From positions 64,001 to 128,000 of IMG/VR virus record IMGVR_UViG_3300021962_000028: a stretch of DNA of 64,000 nucleotides; one strand, 5' to 3'. The DNA is from a virus. Made by a program: the position numbers and the translations under genes. Under the pieces are notes generated by a model. The model was given only the letters and a program-made list of their open reading frames with translations, did not search any database and was not told the origin of the DNA. Below are positions 57,143 through 64,000 of the stretch, piece after piece; within the stretch, counting starts at the first letter, position 1, and each line of letters starts with the position of its first letter.

Positions 57143-57934
57143 TTACACCATACCCGTGGTTTGGTAATAGTTTTTAAGGTCACCAACTGTTAGGGGAGTT
57201 CCTTTTTCCTTACCTAAAACTCTATTAAACACAGGATTAGCATCCGCAACTGTTTTTGCCGATAAATCTCTACTTTTTAAAACAAAATCGTCCGATTTAC
57301 CTGCTGCAATAGGGAAAAAATTATATATGTATAAATCTTCAGGTTCTTTTATCTTACCATTCTCATAACCTTTAACCCAAAAGTCTTTAATTGCATCCAT
57401 CTGAGCACTTAAATCATTTCTTAGGTCTTCTAAAGAGTATGATTTACCATTAATTGTTTTTGTACCTCCACCACTAGGACAAAATTGAATTAAACCAACA
57501 CAACCAATACTATTTTTGATTTTAGGGTCTAATCCCGATTCGTGGTTCATTAACTTAATTATATATTTTTCATCAATATTAATTGCGTTGGATATTTCTT
57601 CTAACTTTTCTTGGAAAATCTTATTATCAAGTAATTTTTGACCTTTTTCACTAATGTTATCCAATTCTAAATCTTTTAATTCTTTTTCTGAATCAGGACC
57701 TTTGAATAAATCTTTTAGTTTTTTAATAATACTAGTTTCCTCATCTTTTTTATCACCATCTAAGTCAATTGATTTAATTTTTTTAACTAAATCAGTGCCT
57801 TTCAAATAATCAACGGCTTTTGACCCTAAGTCTTTAATATCATCAATTAAATCTTCATTAACTGAAGATTCTTGCAAATTAGATAGTTTTCTAAATCGAT
57901 TTATCTCTTCTAATATTTTCTTATTGTCATTCAT
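57143..57934 (-). CDS. Lytic transglycosylase-like protein with virion leader
   Basis: LMNHESGLDP...N..G.VGLIQF; ILEEINRFRKLSNLQES leader. Confidence 0.7.
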   Translation of the reverse strand: MNDNKKILEEINRFRKLSNLQESSVNEDLIDDIKDLGSKAVDYLKGTDLVKKIKSIDLDGDKKDEETSIIKKLKDLFKGPDSEKELKDLELDNISEKGQKLLDNKIFQEKLEEISNAINIDEKYIIKLMNHESGLDPKIKNSIGCVGLIQFCPSGGGTKTINGKSYSLEDLRNDLSAQMDAIKDFWVKGYENGKIKEPEDLYIYNFFPIAAGKSDDFVLKSRDLSAKTVADANPVFNRVLGKEKGTPLTVGDLKNYYQTTGMV

Positions 57935-57939
57935 AGTAT

Positions 57940-58158
57940 CTACTCTTTTTTAGAATAAATATCATCAGGATTAGAATTATCAAGAATCTTAACTACATAC
58001 AAATCTAATAACAACGCATAAACGTACCACTGAGCCTCATCTAAAGAAATTTCTGGATTATTAAACGACACCTTTAAATAATAGAATAATTTAAAAACCA
58101 GATACAACCTAACCACAACTATCAATGCGGTAAACATTATTTTAAGTATTCTTATCAT
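57940..58158 (-). CDS. Small membrane protein
   Basis: Hydrophobic helices. Confidence 0.45.
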   Translation of the reverse strand: MIRILKIMFTALIVVVRLYLVFKLFYYLKVSFNNPEISLDEAQWYVYALLLDLYVVKILDNSNPDDIYSKKE

Positions 58159-58562
58159 AATTTAAATTCAAATCTATTACGCATTATTTCTAATTTATCT
58201 TCAGGAACTCCGTGTACATTTTCACCACCGTGTCTATTTTCAACCACAATAGTAAAAACAGTATATCCCCATTCTTTCGCCATTTCAATATACGGGACCA
58301 TTTCCCATTCTTGAGTAAATGTGTTAGACACCACAATTACATTGTTTAGGTTACCTGTTGTGTAGTTAATTAACATCGCGTTACTAACTTGTCCCTGACA
58401 CCATTTATGGGCATCTTTTAATTTAGTCACGTCAAATTTATATTCTCCGTCAACCATAAAATATTGGTCGGCCTCAAAATGAACACCACCTAATGTTTTT
58501 GCAAAAGTAGTTTTACCACTACCTGGTATCCCTCTAACTATATATAATATTTTTTTTCCCAT
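58155..58562 (-). CDS. P-loop kinase (AAA_33, polynucleotide-kinase-like)
   Basis: RGIPGSGKTT, EADQYF, AH.WC, SNTF, HGVP. Confidence 0.8.
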   Translation of the reverse strand: MGKKILYIVRGIPGSGKTTFAKTLGGVHFEADQYFMVDGEYKFDVTKLKDAHKWCQGQVSNAMLINYTTGNLNNVIVVSNTFTQEWEMVPYIEMAKEWGYTVFTIVVENRHGGENVHGVPEDKLEIMRNRFEFKL

Positions 58563-58633
58563 ATTTTAGTATTTAACCACAAATGTAATGTTTTATTATG
58601 GTTAAATCAAATAATTCCGATATTTATTTTAAA

Positions 58634-59008
58634 ATGAAAACTATGGACTTAGAAAGTATAATCAAACAAGTTTTACGTGAAGAATTTGGAACTAATAAAT
58701 TCATTTATGAAGATGAATTTGGTTCAGTAGAACAAACAACAATAACTGAAGCTGAGTATAAAGGAAGAAAAGTTCAGTTAGGTAAAATAATGCAAGGTGA
58801 CGTTAAGAAATTTAAAGTATACGTTAAAAACGATAAAGGAAACGTTGTTAAAGTTAACTTTGGGTTTGGTGGTAAATCTGCCAAGGGTAAACGAATGGTC
58901 ATCAAGAAAAATAACCCTGAAAGAAGAAAAAGTTTTAGAGCGAGAATGAGATGTGATAATCCAGGTCCTAGATGGAAACCACGTTATTGGGCGTGTAGAA
59001 CTTGGTAA
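58634..59008 (+). CDS. Basic hypothetical protein with acidic N-terminal leader
   Basis: KKFKVYV...VKVNFG...NPERRKSFRAR..C...YWAC..W; IIKQVLREE and ITEA leader. Confidence 0.65.
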   Translation: MKTMDLESIIKQVLREEFGTNKFIYEDEFGSVEQTTITEAEYKGRKVQLGKIMQGDVKKFKVYVKNDKGNVVKVNFGFGGKSAKGKRMVIKKNNPERRKSFRARMRCDNPGPRWKPRYWACRTW

Positions 59009-59043
59009 TAATATAAAAACCCCCTTAATTGGGGGTTTTTTAT

Positions 59044-60183
59044 TTATATCGATTCCCGAGGTACATCATCGGGATACATTTGAACAACTCTCCCACCATT
59101 TTCTTGGTGTGTTCTCTCCACCAAATTCTCAAGTATATTATTCAGTCTATTAATTATAGGCTCCCCAACGTCATAACCCATAGATTCTTCCATAGATTCT
59201 TCCATAGATTCTTCCATAGATTCTTCCATTACCATTTCACCTATTGACCTATCTATCTCCTCATTTGTTATATCAACTTGGATATTTTCCAAAATTCTCA
59301 AAGGCCTTTCAATATCCATACCCACGGCTCTTGGAATCTCCCTATTAGACATTCTCTTTTGACCATAATATTCGTTTTCTAACCACAATAGTTGTCTATT
59401 TCGTTCTTCGTCAGTTAAACTATTCCAATTAGATACTTTGACATTATGGAATTGGTCTTTAAAGATATCCATAATATTATTAGGTAATCCTGTTTCTAAC
59501 GAGTCAATTCTTTGGTCCACAATATCCCAAAAAGAAGTTTCTCTTTCGTACGATGAATCAAGGTTTTTGAACCCCGCAACTTTATTTCCTGTTTTTTTAT
59601 TAATTACATAGATTAAGATACCTCTTTTTACGTATTTGTAATAGTAGTCAGGTTCTCTATCAGATGCGGTACACCATTTAGTAGACGCTCCGTATTTTTT
59701 AGATGATAAGTAGGATAAAGGTTTTAAAACTAACCATTCATCATTTTCAAACAATTTTTCAATTTGTTTTTCCATTTCTTTGTCAACTAATTTTAAGTCG
59801 GCTAAAGACATTTGTAACTCTAATTCTTCAAATGTTTTATATGAAGTTAAATCGGAATTTTCAATTAACTTTCTTTCATTCATCTCAATGAATTTAGTTA
59901 AAGTTGTATAGTTACTATACCCGATAAAATCACTAATAACTCTATGATAATTTTGTAATTCAAAAAATGACATATCATTAACTTTATCTTCAGATATTTT
60001 GTATTCACGTATTAATTCGTTACGAATATCACTAGCGTGAGATTCTTTAGATTCAAACTTATGTTTGATTAAATTAACCATCATCTCAGTATATTTTGGT
60101 TTAATTACCAAATTATTCATAAGGTCAATAAGATTAATCCCGAATAAAGGATTTTGTTTTTTTAATTCATCAATTCTAGACAT
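59044..60183 (-). CDS. Hypothetical protein (YG..TKWC motif family)
   Basis: W....P....S.KYGASTKWCT...L.Y.I.K; MEES repeats. Confidence 0.6.
   Translation of the reverse strand: MSRIDELKKQNPLFGINLIDLMNNLVIKPKYTEMMVNLIKHKFESKESHASDIRNELIREYKISEDKVNDMSFFELQNYHRVISDFIGYSNYTTLTKFIEMNERKLIENSDLTSYKTFEELELQMSLADLKLVDKEMEKQIEKLFENDEWLVLKPLSYLSSKKYGASTKWCTASDREPDYYYKYVKRGILIYVINKKTGNKVAGFKNLDSSYERETSFWDIVDQRIDSLETGLPNNIMDIFKDQFHNVKVSNWNSLTDEERNRQLLWLENEYYGQKRMSNREIPRAVGMDIERPLRILENIQVDITNEEIDRSIGEMVMEESMEESMEESMEESMGYDVGEPIINRLNNILENLVERTHQENGGRVVQMYPDDVPRESI
59178..59229 (-). repeat. 12-nt tandem repeat encoding (MEES)n
   Basis: ccatagattctt repeated. Confidence 0.85.
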
Positions 60184-60195
60184 TTTTAATATATA

Positions 60196-61221
60196 TTATT
60201 TGTTAAAACGTTTAAGTGCGTTTTCAGTTATGAAAACAAATTCAGAATCTTTAAATGATTCTAATGTTAGTGAGTTAGTGTATGACATCGCAGATTTCAA
60301 ATAATCCTTGAAGTTTGTAACCCATTGCTCCAAAGTATAATCAATTTTATTTGATTTAGAAATACCCTCTGAGGTTTTTAACACTCCTTTATTCCATTTT
60401 CTCTGAACATCTTTAGTACTCATTCCTCTAAAAGATTTGTACATATATTTTCTAAATTTAGGGTATCTATACCATATGTATTCTGACTGACTATTGGTTA
60501 AGTTGATTTTATTAAACAATCTAGTTTGTCCGCAAGATTCTAAACATTTATTTAAAACTCCTCCCAACATAACATAATCAGCACCTAACGCAAGAGCTTT
60601 AATTATATCATCATAATTTCTAAACCCTCCATCAGCAACAATTTTAGTATCATACCCATTCTCTTTTTTAATCTGATAACATTCGTGAATTAATGATGCC
60701 ATAGGATAATGAATACCTGTATTTGCCGAGGTCAAACAACCTGAACCTCCACCAATTCCCACTCTCACATAATCAACTCCAATTTTTGAAAGTTGTTTAT
60801 ACGTTTTAGGATTGGCAATATTCCCAACCATTAAAGTATGTAATGATTTATCTCTGTTTTTGATGAATTTTTTACATAAATCGTGTAATTTTTTAATATG
60901 ACCATTGGCAATATCTACTAAAATATTAACCTTCATATTAATCTCTTCTCTTAAATAAAAATTAACAATGGTCTCGAATTCATCTAATGAAACTGAATAA
61001 AATGTATCGTCAACCATATCTTCACCTCTAGGTAAACACACAGGAATTTTTTGGTTTAAATATTTTCTATAGTTGTCTAAATCAACAACGGTATCCATAG
61101 GGGATACCATTATAGGTAATTCTCCATTTTCATTTAAAATATTAACTTCACTTCTACTACTAATTGAGGAAATTGTTTCTGGAATTATTGTTATGTCTTT
61201 AAAGTCAAATTTTTTTTTCAT
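60196..61221 (-). CDS. GMP reductase / IMP dehydrogenase family enzyme
   Basis: SPMDTV, DIANGH, VGIGGGSGCLT, ADGG, KALALGAD.VMLG, GMS, SAMSY. Confidence 0.88.
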   Translation of the reverse strand: MKKKFDFKDITIIPETISSISSRSEVNILNENGELPIMVSPMDTVVDLDNYRKYLNQKIPVCLPRGEDMVDDTFYSVSLDEFETIVNFYLREEINMKVNILVDIANGHIKKLHDLCKKFIKNRDKSLHTLMVGNIANPKTYKQLSKIGVDYVRVGIGGGSGCLTSANTGIHYPMASLIHECYQIKKENGYDTKIVADGGFRNYDDIIKALALGADYVMLGGVLNKCLESCGQTRLFNKINLTNSQSEYIWYRYPKFRKYMYKSFRGMSTKDVQRKWNKGVLKTSEGISKSNKIDYTLEQWVTNFKDYLKSAMSYTNSLTLESFKDSEFVFITENALKRFNK

Positions 61222-61290
61222 TATCTTTTTTTATTATTTGTTTTGTTTGGAATATACAACATATTCAATCATATAAAACTATTTATTAGT

Positions 61291-61379
61291 AAACAAGCCT
61301 CCTCATTAAATTGGGGACTTTTAGGACCGTTACCGTTGTGGTAACAAACGAAAAGGGGAATTCGCTACTCCCCTTTTTA
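61291..61379 (+). ncRNA. Candidate small RNA
   Basis: TATTTAT motif, two hairpins and a terminator; no ORF. Confidence 0.4.
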
Positions 61380-61552
61380 CTTTAAAAAAATACCCCCCAA
61401 ATCTTTAAGAAGACCCACTTAGCAATATACACACAAGACATTAGCATTACTAATGACAAACCAACTATTAATCCGACTAAACTTAGTCCGACAGTTGTTA
61501 ATCCTATTTTCATCAATTTTGAGTTCATACTGCTAAGATATAATAATTTTTT

Positions 61553-61966
61553 TTATTCGCCAAAATTATTTTCCTCAATTAATCTTGCAATTCTACTTCT
61601 ACCCTTTTCATTAATTGGGATTGGATTACCTTCCTCGTCAATTCTAACAAATCTGATATGTGTTTTTAAAACAACCGCCTGATTACCTGTGTAAACATTA
61701 TGGGCTCTTGCCTCCATATATAAACTAACTGAAGTATTACCTAATTTACTTGGGTACCCATAGATTTTTAAAAGTTGACCCTCTTTTGCGGGTTTCTCAA
61801 AAAAACATTTATCGATAGATACTGTGACCATTCTTGGTGAGTCACATAATTGCATTGAATAACCCGCGGCTGCGGCGTCAATCCAGGCCAAAAGTTTTCC
61901 TCCAAATAAGTTTCCGTGAAAACCTAAATCGGATTTTTTAATTGGGTGAGTGTTTAAAAGTTCCAT
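61553..61966 (-). CDS. Hotdog-fold acyl-CoA thioesterase
   Basis: HGNLFGG.LL.WID.AA...VT.....F..P...G..S...FV.IDE.G.P. Confidence 0.88.
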   Translation of the reverse strand: MELLNTHPIKKSDLGFHGNLFGGKLLAWIDAAAAGYSMQLCDSPRMVTVSIDKCFFEKPAKEGQLLKIYGYPSKLGNTSVSLYMEARAHNVYTGNQAVVLKTHIRFVRIDEEGNPIPINEKGRSRIARLIEENNFGE

Positions 61967-62032
61967 AACCCAAATATAATAAAAAACCCCCGATGAATCA
62001 AAGGGGGTTTTAATTTTTTTAGAAGAAATATA

Positions 62033-62305
62033 TTAATTAGTTTCCTCTTCTTTAGTTGCGTTTGCAACATCTTTTTTCATTGCAATAAATTTATCCGCAG
62101 AAGATAAACCTAAACAACCAAATGCTAATAATGCAACTGCGTTAACTAAAGAATCCGCAGGTTTAATATCCCCGTGAGAATAACTGTTCACATACATAGT
62201 AATACATAGTGTTAATGCACATACAATACCTACAAATCTTTTAGATGAAGGTATTCCGTTTTCGTCTTTAAAAAGTCCTGAGACCCAGTCAATAATTTTT
62301 TTCAT
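62033..62305 (-). CDS. Two-TM holin-like protein
   Basis: SSKRF.G motif plus two TM helices; TATTTATA upstream. Confidence 0.6.
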   Translation of the reverse strand: MKKIIDWVSGLFKDENGIPSSKRFVGIVCALTLCITMYVNSYSHGDIKPADSLVNAVALLAFGCLGLSSADKFIAMKKDVANATKEEETN

Positions 62306-62346
62306 ATCTTGGTAGTTTTTATACCTATAAATACTTTCAAAAACTA

Positions 62347-62640
62347 AAAAAGGGAGACCGTCGTCTCCCTTGTACTTTCCCCGTCAGGAAATTTTTAGAA
62401 ATTTTACTTAGGACTTCTTAGTTCCTGTGTGGGTTGAACATCCACCACTTTTATTTAGGAAGAAAAGTGAGTAAAAAACCTGGCAACTTTAAACTTATTT
62501 TAGTGTACACTAGGATGTAGTTAAGGTATTTCCAACCTATAAACCTTATCACTTTGCGTTCGTTTTGTCTTTTAGTTTTGAGAGGTTGGACAAAATCTGC
62601 GGGTGTAGTGATTGAAAACCCTTGAAAAAGAATACCTCTG
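62347..62640 (-). ncRNA. Candidate multi-hairpin ncRNA, about 290 nt, ending in a terminator
   Basis: Stems ATCACT/AGTGAT, TTTTGTC/GACAAAA, CACTTTT/AAAAGTG and TTTTACT/AGTAAAA; GGGAGAC/GTCTCCC terminator. Confidence 0.45.
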
Positions 62641-62692
62641 TTCAATATTTAAATGATAAGTACATTATTTTAAAATGTCAAATCTTTTTTTG

Positions 62693-62766
62693 TGGTAGGG
62701 ATTGGAATCGAACCAATGGCACACCGTTGTTCAAACGGATGCTCTGCCTTCTGAGCTACCTCTACC
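62693..62766 (-). tRNA. Atypical tRNA (Phe-like GAA, C37, bulged acceptor stem)
   Basis: Canonical D and T arms; loop TT-GAA-CA; boxA-like element at 62774-62782. Confidence 0.6.
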
Positions 62767-62847
62767 AAATGTTTTAAAGAACAACAATATAAAGATAATA
62801 ACTTTTTTTCAATCAGTCAAATTTTAAACAAAAAAAAAGGAAGATTT

Positions 62848-62979
62848 TCATCTTCCTTGTCCTCTGTAATTTTTTTCAGATTTGTCGTGTTTGTTACGTT
62901 TTTTTTGGTACTTACCTTTTTTCTTTTTACCGAAAGAAACTTTCATACCATTAGATGAACTGCCTTTAGTCTTCGCCAT
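62848..62979 (-). CDS. Small basic protein (43 aa) ending YRGQGR
   Basis: Manual translation MAKTKGSSSNGMKVSFGKKKKGKYQKKRNKHDKSEKNYRGQGR. Confidence 0.65.
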   Translation of the reverse strand: MAKTKGSSSNGMKVSFGKKKKGKYQKKRNKHDKSEKNYRGQGR

Positions 62980-62991
62980 TTTCTAATTTTA

Positions 62992-63999
62992 TTACTCAAA
63001 TTTTATGTGAACGTATTCACCTAGTGGACCTGCGGCTTTTAACACATAAGGAGCACTATTCAATTCGGGAATTGCGTTTTTCAACTCATTATACGTTTTA
63101 TATGCCTTAGCCTTACACAACTGTAGATTACCTGTTCCATCGTCATTGTTTCCAACAACTAAATCATCATAGTTCATAGTATCCGACCACTTTGGTTTAG
63201 TCCCGTCATTATCAATATGTCCAGCAGGTACTTTAGATGTTGATGCGTTAATCATAAGTCGATTAATTTTACCCCCATCCGCAATATGTTTTTTAATAGT
63301 GTCAATAAATGATGCGGTATGTAAATTGTGAGGAGTATCACTATTTTCCGCGAAAAAATCACCAATATTATACGTTTTTGGTAATTTTAACATATTTTGA
63401 TTAACCCCAAAATCTTTTAAAGATATTGGTTGTCCGTGCATTGAGACCTCAAGTCGAATACCATAATCCTTACCGTGTTTAAATGCCGATTGTTGGAAGA
63501 ATATCTTATTTCCTGGTTTTGCGTCGATGGTATTTAATCTACCCTCAACACCATCAGGGAATTCTGTACCAACAACAAACCCACCTAAGGTTGGTGCCAT
63601 ATATTTTTGAGAATAAAACACAATTGGTAACATACTACCGAAGTTGGCAATCGCTTCATTTTTACCGTAGATATACTTACCGTAATTAATTGCATTTTTC
63701 ATTTTTTGGTCAAAATTAAGACCTGATAATTCTTTCCCTTTAATATTTTCATCGTCAACTTCTTGAGTCTTTTGAGTCCACTCTGCGGATATTTCATTTG
63801 TGGACGGGAATTCAACTGACATATTAGGACTTAACTCTCCTGTTGATTTATCCGCCAAACACATTCTACCATTATCAACATAAAAATAAAAACCACCAAG
63901 AGCGAAATATTCCCCTGCGTGATTTAAACTGTCATCGTGTTCCTTAATAACTCTAGTGACAATTCTTCTTAAGTCAGATTCGGTTAATTTTATAATTTT
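62992..63999 (-). CDS. Hypothetical virion-leader protein (5' end outside the window)
   Basis: Frame open to the window end: KIIKLTESDLRRIVTRVIKE... Confidence 0.65.
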   Translation of the reverse strand, partial: KIIKLTESDLRRIVTRVIKEHDDSLNHAGEYFALGGFYFYVDNGRMCLADKSTGELSPNMSVEFPSTNEISAEWTQKTQEVDDENIKGKELSGLNFDQKMKNAINYGKYIYGKNEAIANFGSMLPIVFYSQKYMAPTLGGFVVGTEFPDGVEGRLNTIDAKPGNKIFFQQSAFKHGKDYGIRLEVSMHGQPISLKDFGVNQNMLKLPKTYNIGDFFAENSDTPHNLHTASFIDTIKKHIADGGKINRLMINASTSKVPAGHIDNDGTKPKWSDTMNYDDLVVGNNDDGTGNLQLCKAKAYKTYNELKNAIPELNSAPYVLKAAGPLGEYVHIKFE

Positions 64000-64000
64000 T

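Noticed and set aside
61222-61380. Purine riboswitch upstream of the GMP reductase/IMPDH gene
   Set aside because: The purine aptamer consensus is not present on the minus strand.
1-64000. Stop-codon reassignment as in some large Bacteroidota phages
   Set aside because: Long genes are intact in the standard code, TAG ends some genes (for example at 44916), and no suppressor tRNA was found.

Overview
This is a 64-kb, AT-rich segment of a large tailed (jumbo-type) phage. It carries a T4-like portal and terminase, and its host is probably a Bacteroidota, judged from many TAnnTTTG promoters, a T9SS C-terminal-domain protein and lipoproteins. It encodes a translation and protein quality-control kit: 27 canonical tRNAs covering all 20 amino acids in three blocks, a tmRNA with a 22-codon tag, N-domain-less ClpC, ClpP, a UVR-motif protein, an Rnl1-type RNA ligase and several end-healing enzyme candidates. 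It also has a glycosylation cluster, lysis genes, a cohesin/dockerin-lectin-CsgG-T9SS surface operon and many late genes with Glu-ending N-terminal leaders. The main finding is that each tRNA block is preceded by a short unannotated leader ORF, an anti-terminator and an intrinsic terminator, with a boxA-like element downstream. The leader codons match the tRNAs encoded downstream: leader 1 has cognate codons for all 15 tRNAs of its block within 24 codons. This suggests a ribosome-stalling attenuation system that switches on back-up tRNAs when host tRNAs fail. Other candidates are a trans-antisense sRNA matching a late-gene 5' UTR at 24/25 nt, tRNA-like RNAs with enlarged bodies, and several structured spacer RNAs. 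All calls were made by eye from the sequence; no searches or folding programs were run.
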